A stretch of 63,424 bases of DNA, filler included. It is 5 parts of 5 records of this genome, joined end to end, with 100 filler letters (N's around TTAATTAATTAA, not from the genome) between each part and the next. Parts side by side here need not be neighbours in the genome. Positions count along the whole stretch, not along the records: positions 13,922 to 30,447 come from SRR31156797_10212; positions 30,548 to 38,482 come from SRR31156797_10217; positions 38,583 to 52,667 come from SRR31156797_10218; 2 more parts are not named here. One strand, given 5' to 3'. The position numbers were made by a program, and so were the translations under genes. Position 1 is the first letter of the stretch, and every line of letters begins with the position of its first letter. Under the pieces are notes generated by a model that was not told the DNA's origin, did no database searches, and saw only the letters and a list, made by a program, of their open reading frames with translations. Below, one piece after another: positions 28,293 to 38,689 of the stretch.

Positions 28293-29180
28293 CTACTCAA
28301 AGTCGTATCCCATCTCTTTGAGTGATTTTTTGTTTTTACTCCACCCTTTTTTTACTGAGACAAAAAGTTCAAGATAGACTTTTTTCTGAGTCAATTTTTC
28401 TATCTTTTTTCGGGCATTTAGCCCTATTCTTTTAATAGCTTCTCCACCTTTTCCAATGATCATCCCTTTTTGTGTCCCTTTTTCAACTACAATAGTTGCT
28501 TTGATCACATCAATATTTGGCTTTTCTTGAACTTTTTCAATCACAACATCTGCTTCATAGGGGATCTCATCACTAATATTTTCAAAGACTGATTCTCTAA
28601 TAAACTCTTTATATATTTCACGTAAATGAGAAGTAGTTAATATCTCTGTATCAAAAAGTGGTGGTGAATCGGGGAGATACTTTACTATCACATCTAAAAG
28701 CTCTTTTGGATTACTCCCTTTTTTAATTGAAGTTGTTAAAAGTGCTTCATATTTATCTGCAAACTCTTGATACTCAGTAATTTTTAAAAGAAGTTCCTCT
28801 TTATTTACAAAATCTGTTTTTGTAAGAAGTAAAATATGTTTGGTATTTTTCGTATTTTTTTCTAAAAAATCTTTATAATGATCTATTTTATCTGTAACTG
28901 GAGCTAGATACAAAATAAGATCACAATCCCCAATCGCTTTAAGTGCTTCTTCAAGCATAAACTGATTGATAAGTTTTTCAGTTTCATGAATCCCTGGAGT
29001 ATCCACAAAGATGATCTGATCATCCCCATTCATAGCAATAATATTTGATCTTTTTCGTGTAGCATTAGCTTTATGTGAGACCATGGCGATCTTTTCACCA
29101 ATGATCCAGTTTAATAATGAACTCTTTCCTGCATTTGGTCTTCCAACAGTTGCTACAAAACCACATCGTGTATTACTCAA
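28293..29180 (-). CDS. era: GTPase Era
   Basis: Motifs GRPNAGKSS, DTPG, EIPY and the KH domain IIGKGG. Start reset to TTG 29180 after AGGGA. Confidence 0.96.
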   Translation of the reverse strand: MSNTRCGFVATVGRPNAGKSSLLNWIIGEKIAMVSHKANATRKRSNIIAMNGDDQIIFVDTPGIHETEKLINQFMLEEALKAIGDCDLILYLAPVTDKIDHYKDFLEKNTKNTKHILLLTKTDFVNKEELLLKITEYQEFADKYEALLTTSIKKGSNPKELLDVIVKYLPDSPPLFDTEILTTSHLREIYKEFIRESVFENISDEIPYEADVVIEKVQEKPNIDVIKATIVVEKGTQKGMIIGKGGEAIKRIGLNARKKIEKLTQKKVYLELFVSVKKGWSKNKKSLKEMGYDFE

Positions 29181-29243
29181 ATATTTCCCTTTGTTTGTTA
29201 ATTTTAAATATTTTCCAATAGGAGTTATTATACAATACATTCA

Positions 29244-29951
29244 ATGAAAGATACACTTTTTGAAAAACCAATAAAAAAACAGTTTGAATTTGATGAGGAT
29301 GTGGCTTCAGTCTTTGATGATATGCTTCACAGATCAGTCCCATTTTATGATCAGATGTTAGAGATCACTACCTCTTTTGCACAAAATTATTTAGAAGATG
29401 GTGATATAGTTTATGACCTTGGATGCTCAACCGCATCCACTTTGATAAATATTGCAAAAAAAAGTGATCTACAACTTAGCTTTTATGGGGTTGATAACTC
29501 AACTGCCATGCTTGAACGGGCTAAACATAAAACTAATGCTTTTGGACTTGATATAAACTTTATTGAAGATGATATTTTTAATGTGGAGATAAAACCCTCT
29601 AAAGTGATCATCTCAAACTATACTTTACAGTTTATCCGACCACTTCAAAGAGAAAAACTGATCCAAAAGATATTTAACTCTTTAGAAGATGGAGGAGTCT
29701 TTATCTTTAGTGAAAAAGTGATCACAGAAGACAAGGTACTCAATAAACAATTTATCGATAGCTATTATGAGTTTAAAAAAAAGCAAGGCTATAGTGAATT
29801 TGAGATTGCTCAAAAAAGAGAAGCTTTAGAGAATGTTTTAATCCCTTATACTTATGAGGAGAATAAGAATATGATCTTAAATAGTGGGTTTAAGCATTTT
29901 GATTGTATCTTTAAATGGATCAATTTTGGCACATTTATTGCCATAAAATAA
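29244..29951 (+). CDS. cmoA: Carboxy-S-adenosyl-L-methionine synthase
   Basis: Motifs [33 protein letters not shown] and KREALENVL. Confidence 0.95.
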   Translation: MKDTLFEKPIKKQFEFDEDVASVFDDMLHRSVPFYDQMLEITTSFAQNYLEDGDIVYDLGCSTASTLINIAKKSDLQLSFYGVDNSTAMLERAKHKTNAFGLDINFIEDDIFNVEIKPSKVIISNYTLQFIRPLQREKLIQKIFNSLEDGGVFIFSEKVITEDKVLNKQFIDSYYEFKKKQGYSEFEIAQKREALENVLIPYTYEENKNMILNSGFKHFDCIFKWINFGTFIAIK

Positions 29952-29976
29952 AAAATCAAATATTAAAGGAGAATAC

Positions 29977-30447
29977 ATGTTAGAGGTAGGCGCAACAGCA
30001 CCAGAGTTTTGTAATCCAAATCAGGATAATGTAGAGATTTGTTTAAGGGATCTAAAAGGGAAATGGATCGTATTGTATTTTTATCCAAAAGATAATACAC
30101 CTGGATGTACCAATGAAGCATGTGATTTTACAGCAAGAGAAGCAGAATTTGATGGATTAGATGCAGTAATCTTAGGGGTAAGCCCAGATAGTCCTAAAAA
30201 ACATCAAAATTTTATTGAAAAACAAAACCTCTCAATCACTTTACTTGCAGATGAAGAGAAAACTTTATGTGAAGCATATGGAGTTTGGCAAGAGAAGATG
30301 AACTATGGAAGAAAATATATGGGAGTTGTACGATCAACTTTTATTATTGATCCTGAGGGAAAAATTGCTGCAGTTTGGGAAAATGTAAAAGTAAGACAAA
30401 AAAGAAAAAAGCAAGGAGAAACTATTGAGACTTTCCATGCAGAAGTA
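29977..30447 (+). CDS. bcp: Thioredoxin-dependent peroxiredoxin Bcp, 3'-truncated
   Basis: LYFYPKDNTPGCTNEACDF and RSTFIID. Confidence 0.93.
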
Positions 30448-30547
30448 NNNNNNNNNNNNNNNNNNNNNNNNNNNNNNNNNNNNNNNNNNNNTTAATTAAT
30501 TAANNNNNNNNNNNNNNNNNNNNNNNNNNNNNNNNNNNNNNNNNNNN
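30448..30547. other. Artificial contig spacer
   Basis: N-run with a TTAATTAATTAA linker. Confidence 0.99.
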
Positions 30548-31192
30548 AAATGGAAACAACTTTACGATTATCTTCCCGATGCATTTGTTGTTGAAGGACC
30601 AAAAGCGGGCGGACATTTAGGATTTAAAAGAAATCAACTGGAAAATCCTGATTTTGCTCTTGAAAAATTGGTTCCTGATGTAGTTTCGCATGTAAAACCT
30701 TTTGAGGAAGAATACAATGTGAATATTCCGGTAATTGCAGCCGGTGGTATTTATACCGGTTCCGATATTAAAGATATTATGGAACTTGGTGCTTCGGGCG
30801 TTCAAATGGGAACCCGTTTTGTTACCACGAATGAGTGCGATGCTTCAGAAGCATTTAAACAAACCTATATCGATTCTACCGAAAATGATATGCAAATTAT
30901 TCAGAGTCCGGTAGGAATGCCAGGCCGTGCAATAAATAATGAATTCATTGAGAAAATTAACAAGGGAGAAAAGAAACCGGTAAAATGTCCGTATAAGTGT
31001 TTAAAAACTTGCGATTTTGAAAAAACACCATATTGTATTTTTGCAGCACTTATGAGTGCAATGAAAGGCAATTTTAAAGGGGGTTATGCTTTTGCCGGTT
31101 CAAATGCATTTAAATCGACAAAAATAGTTTCGGTAAAAGAAACATTCGATTCCATTGTTCAAGAATTTAATAAAGCTGTTTCAGTCAAGTAG
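30548..31192 (+). CDS. Nitronate monooxygenase / FabK-like flavin oxidoreductase, 5'-truncated
   Basis: Frame open from the contig edge: VVEGPKAGGHLG, IPVIAAGGI, GVQMGTRF and SPVGMPGRA. Confidence 0.88.
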   Translation, partial: KWKQLYDYLPDAFVVEGPKAGGHLGFKRNQLENPDFALEKLVPDVVSHVKPFEEEYNVNIPVIAAGGIYTGSDIKDIMELGASGVQMGTRFVTTNECDASEAFKQTYIDSTENDMQIIQSPVGMPGRAINNEFIEKINKGEKKPVKCPYKCLKTCDFEKTPYCIFAALMSAMKGNFKGGYAFAGSNAFKSTKIVSVKETFDSIVQEFNKAVSVK

Positions 31193-31236
31193 TTAGAAAA
31201 AAGGTGGTTAATTCCACCTTTATTATCACATAATTT

Positions 31237-31284
31237 AAAAAAGAGAATTGTTCTTTTTCAATAGAGAACGGTTCTCTTTTTTTT
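31237..31284 (+). terminator. Intrinsic terminator
   Basis: AAAAAAGAGAATTGTTCT...AGAACGGTTCTCTTTTTTT. Confidence 0.65.
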
Positions 31285-31360
31285 GTTGTAATATTCCATT
31301 TTTCTTTTCTTGCATAACATAAATATTTTATAACTTAACCACCAAAACAATTCAAAAATT

Positions 31361-32632
31361 ATGAACCTTATTTTTATATCCTTAAAAAGAACAATTCTTT
31401 TAAGTTTTGGGATTTTAATGTTGTTTTCTGTCATACATTTACCGGCTTTTGCCCAACGCGAATTAACACAAAGCGAGCAACAGTGGGTCGAAGAAGCAAA
31501 ATCAGAACTGGAGCGTGCAATCTCTGAACCCGATTTATCGCAACAAGAACGAATTGAAATAGTACAACGAAGTGCTAAAACATTGAAGGAGTACGGGCAA
31601 CCTTACGCTTTCCCGACTGGTGATATTCCTTTAAAAAAGTTTATGCAGGAAAATTACAATCAGTCGAGGAAACAGTTTAAAAACTCAAATGATTTGCGAC
31701 AGATATTAAGTAATAAATTACTCGATCAGCAGTTGAAAATTATTAATACCATGCAAATTGAGGTAACCGAACAACAAATCAAATTTATGTTGCCGGGTAA
31801 TCAGGTTATCGATCTATCAAAAGATGTTGTTACAACGGTAATAGACTGGGATATTGTTGGTGGTGTAAATGGAGGGGCACAAGGGAATGCCAAAGGTTTG
31901 TTAGCACGTTTTAAACAACTGGCGCAAAGCAAAGAATTAATCAAGCAGTTAAATGCTTTATATAATGCGCAAAGAGTTTCGATGCAAAATTTACATGCCG
32001 ATTTAAACCGGATTACGCCAATGCAGGAAATGTTACGAAAAAGATATCAGATGGCAGAAGCTGGTGCTTTTACTTTCGATGGATACGAAGGGGCAGTTAT
32101 TGGCACAAAAAACAGTAGTGTAGCAACAGTTTCAAATGCATCTACTCCATCTTCAACTTCGACCGCTTCTTCAGTTACTACTAATAATAACGATGATTTT
32201 GTGGAAACAAAATACCTGTTTAAACTTGTTAAAGTTGAGCCAGTAAAAAAAATGAACCGACCAGAATTTATTGAAAGTTTAAGTGTGTCGGAATCAGGAA
32301 TGAGTGCATCGGTAAAACCACCTAAACCCGATGATCCTTTTTCTGTAAGTGCAAGTTGGAATTCTCCGCCCTCAATTATTTACCCGGGAGATAATGTAAT
32401 TATGCAGGCGAAAGGAAATGGAGATGTCAGACTAAGTATTGAAGCTCACGGTGCCTCAAATCTCCACCACCAGGGAGTTCGAGAGAGTAATGGTAAAAAC
32501 TCAACGGTTACTTTTAACTGGGAAGTTGATGCAGGTGCTAAATTTTATATTGAAGTAAATGCGCTTGTAACAGCACATATATATGGCTGGGCCAGTGTTT
32601 TCTATCATTACGAAATGGAAATTATTAATTAA
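31361..32632 (+). CDS. Exported hypothetical protein (helical N-domain, S/T linker, beta-rich C-domain)
   Basis: Signal peptide ending AFA-Q and a low-complexity linker SSVATVSNASTPSSTSTASSVTT. Confidence 0.75.
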   Translation: MNLIFISLKRTILLSFGILMLFSVIHLPAFAQRELTQSEQQWVEEAKSELERAISEPDLSQQERIEIVQRSAKTLKEYGQPYAFPTGDIPLKKFMQENYNQSRKQFKNSNDLRQILSNKLLDQQLKIINTMQIEVTEQQIKFMLPGNQVIDLSKDVVTTVIDWDIVGGVNGGAQGNAKGLLARFKQLAQSKELIKQLNALYNAQRVSMQNLHADLNRITPMQEMLRKRYQMAEAGAFTFDGYEGAVIGTKNSSVATVSNASTPSSTSTASSVTTNNNDDFVETKYLFKLVKVEPVKKMNRPEFIESLSVSESGMSASVKPPKPDDPFSVSASWNSPPSIIYPGDNVIMQAKGNGDVRLSIEAHGASNLHHQGVRESNGKNSTVTFNWEVDAGAKFYIEVNALVTAHIYGWASVFYHYEMEIIN

Positions 32633-32642
32633 ACAGGTTTTT

Positions 32643-33212
32643 CTATTTCCCTTTTCTTAATCGTTTCGTTACTGTTTTTAATGGAAATATTCCATGGCTG
32701 ACCGATTTTACATCTTCAATAGAATAAAATGCTTTTGGATTAGTTGAAAGAACAATACTCTGTACTTTTGCAATCTCATTACGTTTTATAATGCTATAAA
32801 TAATACTTACTTTTTCGCTACCACCTTGCGCTTCGTGGTGGGTTAATCCATAGCCAGCTTCTTTGAGGTTTGTAATTAATTTACCGGCTTCTTTTCTGGT
32901 AATTATCTGAATTTTAACAATTCCAACGGCAAGCTTTTCCTCAAGAATTAATCCGATATAATTACCGGTTGCAAAACCACCTGCATAAGCAAAATAACAT
33001 ACCCAATTGTCAAGGTTCTGAAATATTTTAGATATTGCAACCAACCAGATAAAGACTTCAAAAAAACCTAAAAAAGGAGCCCACATTTTTTGCCCTTTTG
33101 AAACCATAACAATCCGAATGGTTCCAATGGTAACATCCAGAATTCTGGAAAGAAAGATTAATAGAGGAAGAATAATGTATGTAAAAGTTGAACTATCGTA
33201 AAAGGTTTCCAT
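32643..33212 (-). CDS. DUF2179/UPF0316 membrane protein
   Basis: RILDVTIGTIR, GFFEVFIW, YAGGFATGNYIG and NPKAFYSIEDV. Confidence 0.85.
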   Translation of the reverse strand: METFYDSSTFTYIILPLLIFLSRILDVTIGTIRIVMVSKGQKMWAPFLGFFEVFIWLVAISKIFQNLDNWVCYFAYAGGFATGNYIGLILEEKLAVGIVKIQIITRKEAGKLITNLKEAGYGLTHHEAQGGSEKVSIIYSIIKRNEIAKVQSIVLSTNPKAFYSIEDVKSVSHGIFPLKTVTKRLRKGK

Positions 33213-33238
33213 ACCGATTATTTTTAGCCAAATTTAAT

Positions 33239-34813
33239 CTAAAATTCCGATGTAAAATGAAAACGGATATCTTTAAATTCGTCTTGTGCCATTTGTAATA
33301 TAAACGAAGAGTCGGCCATAAATACATCGCGGCCCAATTTATCTTTAGCCATTTTCTGGTGTTTTCTTTTTTTAAATTCAGTCAGAATTTTCTGATCGTC
33401 ACATTCAATCCAACATGCTTTGTGCATCGATATTGGCTCAAATCTGCATTTGGCATTGTATTCATGCTCAAGCCGGTATTGAATAACTTCAAATTGAAGC
33501 TGACCAACAGTTCCGATAATTTTCCGACCATTAAACTGGCTGGTAAAAAGTTGTGCTACACCTTCGTCCATTAATTGGTCAACACCTTTATTTAGTTGTT
33601 TCGATTTCATAGGATCTGCATTTTCAATATACCGGAACATTTCGGGTGAGAAACTGGGTAATCCTTTAAAATGAATTTCTTCTCCATTGGTAAGTGTGTC
33701 GCCAATAATAAAGTTCCCGGTATCGGGAACACCAATAATATCGCCCGGATAAGCAAATTCAACAATTTCTTTTTGAGATGCCATAAAAGCAGTGGGGCTT
33801 GAAATACGGAACGATTTTCCCAAACGTATATTTTTATACATTTTATTTCGTTCAAATTCACCCGAACAAATTTTTACAAATGCAATTCTGCTTCGGTGGT
33901 TTGGATCGATGTTGGCATGAATTTTAAATACAAAGCCGGTAAATCCATTCTCTTCCGGTTTTACTTCTCGTTCTTCAGCAAAACTTGGCTTTGGAGTTGG
34001 CGCAATTTTCACAAATGCATCGAGTAATTCCTGAACACCAAAATTATACAGGGCACTTCCAAAAAACACAGGAGCAAGGTCTCCGGCCAGGTACGAATCT
34101 TTTTCAAACTCGGGATAAACTCCTTCTACAAGTTCCAGTTCTTCACGAAGAGTTTGTGCGTCATGGCCAATATAATCTTCCAATAAAGGATCAGAAACGT
34201 CTTCAAATTTTATACGTTCTTCAATTTCCTGGATATCGGGTTTGAAAAGTTTTAAGCTCTTATTGAAAATATTGTAAACACCTTTAAAATCGGGGCCATT
34301 GTTTATTGGCCAGCTTAACGGGCGAACATTAATTTTTAGTTGTTCTTCAACCTCGTCCATTAAAGTAAACGGATCCTGCGACGGGCGGTCCATTTTATTA
34401 ACAAAAACAATTACAGGCGTTTTTCGCATCCGGCAAACGTTCATGAGTTTTTCTGTTTGCGGTTCAACACCTTTTGCAGCATCAATTACAATAATTACAC
34501 TATCAACTGCTGTTAGTGTTCTGAAGGTGTCTTCCTGAAAGTCCTGATGCCCCGGTGTATCGAGGATATTTACCTTGTACCCATCGTATTCAAATCCCAT
34601 AACCGAAGTGGCAACAGAAATCCCACGCTGACGTTCAATTTCCATAAAATCGGAAGTGGCACCTTTTTTTATTTTGTTGCTTTTAACCGCACCTGCAACA
34701 CGAATCGCTCCACCAAAGAGTAACAACTTTTCGGTAAGTGTGGTTTTCCCTGCATCGGGGTGACTAACAATTCCAAAAGTACGACGACGTTTTATTTCAC
34801 TTAAAAAACTCAT
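33239..34813 (-). CDS. prfC: Peptide chain release factor 3
   Basis: [43 protein letters not shown] and VGQLQFEV. Start reset to MSFLSEI. Confidence 0.97.
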   Translation of the reverse strand: MSFLSEIKRRRTFGIVSHPDAGKTTLTEKLLLFGGAIRVAGAVKSNKIKKGATSDFMEIERQRGISVATSVMGFEYDGYKVNILDTPGHQDFQEDTFRTLTAVDSVIIVIDAAKGVEPQTEKLMNVCRMRKTPVIVFVNKMDRPSQDPFTLMDEVEEQLKINVRPLSWPINNGPDFKGVYNIFNKSLKLFKPDIQEIEERIKFEDVSDPLLEDYIGHDAQTLREELELVEGVYPEFEKDSYLAGDLAPVFFGSALYNFGVQELLDAFVKIAPTPKPSFAEEREVKPEENGFTGFVFKIHANIDPNHRSRIAFVKICSGEFERNKMYKNIRLGKSFRISSPTAFMASQKEIVEFAYPGDIIGVPDTGNFIIGDTLTNGEEIHFKGLPSFSPEMFRYIENADPMKSKQLNKGVDQLMDEGVAQLFTSQFNGRKIIGTVGQLQFEVIQYRLEHEYNAKCRFEPISMHKACWIECDDQKILTEFKKRKHQKMAKDKLGRDVFMADSSFILQMAQDEFKDIRFHFTSEF

Positions 34814-34901
34814 ATTAATCCATTCTTTTAAAGGCCGCAAAATTAGTAAAGAAGTTTGAAAGGAAACCATTTGGAAGAAAAATATAACATCATATAGAAA
34901 A

Positions 34902-34945
34902 AAGGATGTCATCTCTCTTAGAGTTGAAATGAAGATGACATCCTT
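34902..34945 (-). terminator. Terminator after the MFS gene
   Basis: 13-bp stem AAGGATGTCATCT...AGATGACATCCTT with an A-run on its left. Confidence 0.65.
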
Positions 34946-35022
34946 GTTTCCTGAAAAGTAATGGATGTTATCTTTAAAAAGAGAATTCATCTGCTCGTAA
35001 GCAGTTCTTGTTTATCTGCGAC

Positions 35023-36204
35023 TTAATTTTGCAATGCTTTTACTTTCGCTACCAGAAGAGTAATTCCAATTCCGAAAACACCAATTACAGCAAATGAATG
35101 ACGTAAACCGAAAGCTTCAGAAATAAAACCAATTAAGGGTGGCCCCATCAAAAATCCAAGGAAACTCACACTTGACACCGTTGCCAGCGCAATTCCGGTT
35201 GGTATTTTGGGGTGTTTCCCGGCGGTACTGTACACTGTGGGCACAATACTTGAAACTCCTAATCCAACCATCATAAATGCGATGGTACTTGTAATTAAAT
35301 ATGGGAATATGACTGCTGTAAAAAGTCCGCCTGAAATCATTACTCCACAAATTTGCATGAGCAGCTTTCTTCCTATTTTTGAAATCAGAAAATCGGCTAA
35401 AAACCGTCCGGTCGCCATCATTATCATAAACGAAGTATACCCCAAAATTACCAGCGATGCTGGTGCTTTTACAACATCTTTAAAATAAACACCGCTCCAG
35501 TCGAACATGGCTCCTTCGCTGGCCATGCTAAAAAAACCTATAATTCCAAGTTGCAATAAAATCCCATCCGGTTTCATGAAAAATTTACGGCGAGGTACAT
35601 CTTTTTTCTTTTCTGTTTTACTCCGAACCAAATAAGGATAATTAATTCGTACAATAATCCAGACAATTAGAATTATAGTAACAAAATGCCAAAAGGGATT
35701 AATTTTAAGATTTATCAAAACCAATCCAATTAATGCTCCTGTAAAACCTGCCAAACTCCAGCCTCCGTGAAACGATGCCATAATTGGGCGTCCGTAAAGT
35801 TGCTCGGCAGCTACTCCCTGTGTATTTACCGAAATATTACAAACATTTCCGGCAACCCCAAACAAGAAAAGTACCATTGCCAGCTGCCAGCCGGTTTCAA
35901 CCAAACCAATGCTTGCCAGTGCCAAAGTATATGCAGGTAATGCAAATTTTAGTACTAAATCGCTGCTGAAACGCGCAACCAGTTTTCCTGAAAAGGGCAT
36001 CATTAGAAATTGACCTACAGGAAGTGCAAATAGAATACTTCCAAAAGCCCCATCACTTAAATTCAGGGCTGTTTTTATGTCGGGAATACGGCTAGCCCAC
36101 GAAGCAAATGCCAAACCCATACTAAAATAAACCAGCGAAACGGCCATTCTGGTACGCTTTTTATCTATAGCTAATTTTGAATATTGTAATGCAATTTCTG
36201 TCAT
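35023..36204 (-). CDS. MFS transporter (YbjJ-like)
   Basis: About 12 TM segments. Motifs WASRIP.IK, MASFHG.WS, EGAMFDWS and GFLMGPPLIG. Confidence 0.88.
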   Translation of the reverse strand: MTEIALQYSKLAIDKKRTRMAVSLVYFSMGLAFASWASRIPDIKTALNLSDGAFGSILFALPVGQFLMMPFSGKLVARFSSDLVLKFALPAYTLALASIGLVETGWQLAMVLFLFGVAGNVCNISVNTQGVAAEQLYGRPIMASFHGGWSLAGFTGALIGLVLINLKINPFWHFVTIILIVWIIVRINYPYLVRSKTEKKKDVPRRKFFMKPDGILLQLGIIGFFSMASEGAMFDWSGVYFKDVVKAPASLVILGYTSFMIMMATGRFLADFLISKIGRKLLMQICGVMISGGLFTAVIFPYLITSTIAFMMVGLGVSSIVPTVYSTAGKHPKIPTGIALATVSSVSFLGFLMGPPLIGFISEAFGLRHSFAVIGVFGIGITLLVAKVKALQN

Positions 36205-36299
36205 TTAAATAAAATAGATTGGCAAAAATATTAAAACAAAAACAAGTACATTTTAAAACTTGAAAATTGTGGCGGTATGTTAAGGAATTTTATAAAATG

Positions 36300-37406
36300 C
36301 TAATTTACTTTGGCTTTTCTTATAATCCCCGAAATATAGTTCCAGTATTTTTCATGAAATTTCACACTTTGATTACCAATAATGTCGTTGTAACTTTTTG
36401 GTTCATCTCTGGGGTGAAATTTACGGACATACAAATCTTCGTATAATCCCGCAACTTCGGGATGAAACTGAACCGCAAAAACATTGGGATAATATTTGTG
36501 TACCAATCCTTCTATAATTTTTCCGTCGGGAGAGAGAGCGGTAACTTCAAGTCCTTTTCCCAGTTTCTCGGCAGCCTGATGGTGACTGCTGTAAATCCGT
36601 GGTTCCCAGCGGCGTGGAACACCAACCTTTTTAGTGAAAAAATTATTTTCTGAAAAACGAATGGTGTGCAAATTAATTCCCATTAATAAACTATCTCTTT
36701 CAATTTCCTGCCAATAATTACGATGTAAATTTGCACGCCCGATTTTTAATGCCGATTCAGGGGTTTTCGCACCAAAAACTTCAGCCGGAATATCCTGGAT
36801 TAATGTACCCCCGGTTGCTACATTTAAGGTTTGCATTCCTAAACAAAAACCGGTTACCAAATAATCAGGATTATTATTTATTAATGGCGTAAAGTCTTCG
36901 TTCCAAAAGCCCCCCAGCAAATGAAAAATAAATGTAGTCTCAAAATAATGTCTTTGTGGATCGGTAACAATAGAAAGTGTATTTTCTTCGCCATAAACGG
37001 CCGGAGGAATATCGGGACCACCAAAGAAGAAAACTCCCACAGAATTGTTGAATATGGTTTTTAAATCGGGAGTACAGTCGTTTCCTTCAAATATATTTTG
37101 CTCGTTTAACTCTCCTTTTACTTCGTGTAAATGAAATTTTTTAAGGTTATTTTTTTCAATATAAGTTTTGGTTTGCCCGAAATCATAGTTTTGGTCTTCA
37201 AAATAAACACCTACAAAACGGGTGCTGTTTTTTATATTCAATAAATTGGCATTTTGCAGATAACGAATGGTTTGCAGGTTTCTAACCGTTGGATTGGTTA
37301 AAATGACATATTTCTTTTTTGGATTAAAATCTTCACGATAGAAATTCTGACTATAACCGTTTAAGGTAAAAACATAAATCAAAATTAACAGGATAGCTTT
37401 TTTCAT
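36300..37406 (-). CDS. Peptidase C26 (gamma-glutamyl hydrolase/PuuD-like class I GATase) with a signal peptide
   Basis: GGPDIPP..YGE, nucleophile GFCLGMQ, SSHHQA and AVQFHPE. Confidence 0.85.
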   Translation of the reverse strand: MKKAILLILIYVFTLNGYSQNFYREDFNPKKKYVILTNPTVRNLQTIRYLQNANLLNIKNSTRFVGVYFEDQNYDFGQTKTYIEKNNLKKFHLHEVKGELNEQNIFEGNDCTPDLKTIFNNSVGVFFFGGPDIPPAVYGEENTLSIVTDPQRHYFETTFIFHLLGGFWNEDFTPLINNNPDYLVTGFCLGMQTLNVATGGTLIQDIPAEVFGAKTPESALKIGRANLHRNYWQEIERDSLLMGINLHTIRFSENNFFTKKVGVPRRWEPRIYSSHHQAAEKLGKGLEVTALSPDGKIIEGLVHKYYPNVFAVQFHPEVAGLYEDLYVRKFHPRDEPKSYNDIIGNQSVKFHEKYWNYISGIIRKAKVN

Positions 37407-37520
37407 TTTATTGTTTTTATTTTCTCAAATATAGCATTTCCAAATTTCTACAGAAAATCGATTTTTAATGATTTTTGGAATAAAGTTAACTTTAAAATTT
37501 ACGAGACTGGTTAAACTTTG

Positions 37521-37528
37521 TACATTTG
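37521..37528 (+). promoter_or_regulatory. Bacteroidota -7 promoter box TACATTTG
   Basis: TAnnTTTG consensus upstream of the SPFH gene. Similar boxes precede most genes in contigs 3 and 4, supporting a Bacteroidota origin. Confidence 0.55.
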
Positions 37529-37632
37529 CGTATTCAATAAAATGAATTGTAATGAATCAAACATTTTTTAAACATATTAGTTAAAGAAAAGGGACATTTA
37601 TTTACAACTTCAAAATTTAAAATTATAAAAAG

Positions 37633-38451
37633 ATGAAATTCAATTTTAAAACTTCTTACATTGTTGCAGCAGTAGTACTGTTAATGGTGTTATTACTGTT
37701 TGGCGGGCGTATGTTTTTAATACTTGACGCTGGTGAACGTGGTGTTCTTTTTAAACCATACACTTCTGGTTTAGATAAAGAAAATATTTATGGTGAAGGT
37801 TTTCATATAATTGCACCATGGAATAAGATGTATATTTATGGTGTACGTGAACAACAACGTGAAGAAGCAATGGATGTACTCGATAAAAGTGGTCTGTCGA
37901 TTAGTACAGATGTAACTGTGCGTTTTAATCCAAAATTTGATGAAATAGGATTTTTATACGAACAATTTGGTGTGAATTATATAAACGTTTTGGTAATTCC
38001 AGAGGTTCGTTCATCGGTACGACAAGTTGCCGGACGTTACACTGCAGAAGAGATTTATTCAACAAAACGTGCTGAAGTAGAACAAGCAATAATAGAAGAA
38101 ACCCGGGCAGTTTTGGGTGAAAATTATATTGAAATGAAGGCGCTACTTATTCGCTCGATTAATTTACCACAACAAATTAAAGGTGCAATTGAAACCAAAC
38201 TTGAACAAGAACAAATTGCATTAGGATATGAGTATATTTTACGAAGTGAAGAATCGAAAGCCGAGCAACGCAGAATTGAGGCAGAAGGTATTGCTGCTTA
38301 TAACCGAATAATAAATGCAAGTTTAACCAAACAAATTCTTCAACAGCGTGGTATTGAAGCAACAATCGAATTGGCCAAGTCGCCAAACTCTAAAGTGGTT
38401 GTTATTGGTAGTGGAGACGAAGGATTACCCTTAATTTTAGGCAACAACTAA
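37633..38451 (+). CDS. Prohibitin/SPFH domain protein
   Basis: N-terminal TM segment, AGERGVLF, GEGFHIIAPW, RYTAEEIYSTKR and a coiled-coil tail. Confidence 0.9.
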   Translation: MKFNFKTSYIVAAVVLLMVLLLFGGRMFLILDAGERGVLFKPYTSGLDKENIYGEGFHIIAPWNKMYIYGVREQQREEAMDVLDKSGLSISTDVTVRFNPKFDEIGFLYEQFGVNYINVLVIPEVRSSVRQVAGRYTAEEIYSTKRAEVEQAIIEETRAVLGENYIEMKALLIRSINLPQQIKGAIETKLEQEQIALGYEYILRSEESKAEQRRIEAEGIAAYNRIINASLTKQILQQRGIEATIELAKSPNSKVVVIGSGDEGLPLILGNN

Positions 38452-38482
38452 TAAAATATTAAATAAACAATTCAGGCTGGTT

Positions 38483-38582
38483 NNNNNNNNNNNNNNNNNN
38501 NNNNNNNNNNNNNNNNNNNNNNNNNNTTAATTAATTAANNNNNNNNNNNNNNNNNNNNNNNNNNNNNNNNNNNNNNNNNNNN
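38483..38582. other. Artificial contig spacer
   Basis: N-run with a TTAATTAATTAA linker. Confidence 0.99.
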
Positions 38583-38634
38583 GTTTATCCATTTGATTGG
38601 GTCGAGGTTGCATTAAACCATACTAATTTAAAAG

Positions 38635-38666
38635 AAAAAAGCCATGAATAAATTCACGGCTTTTTT
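38635..38666 (-). terminator. Intrinsic terminator
   Basis: AAAAAAGCCATGAAT-AA-ATTCACGGCTTTTTT. Confidence 0.7.
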
Positions 38667-38689
38667 TTTGATCCTTTTTATTTTCAACC

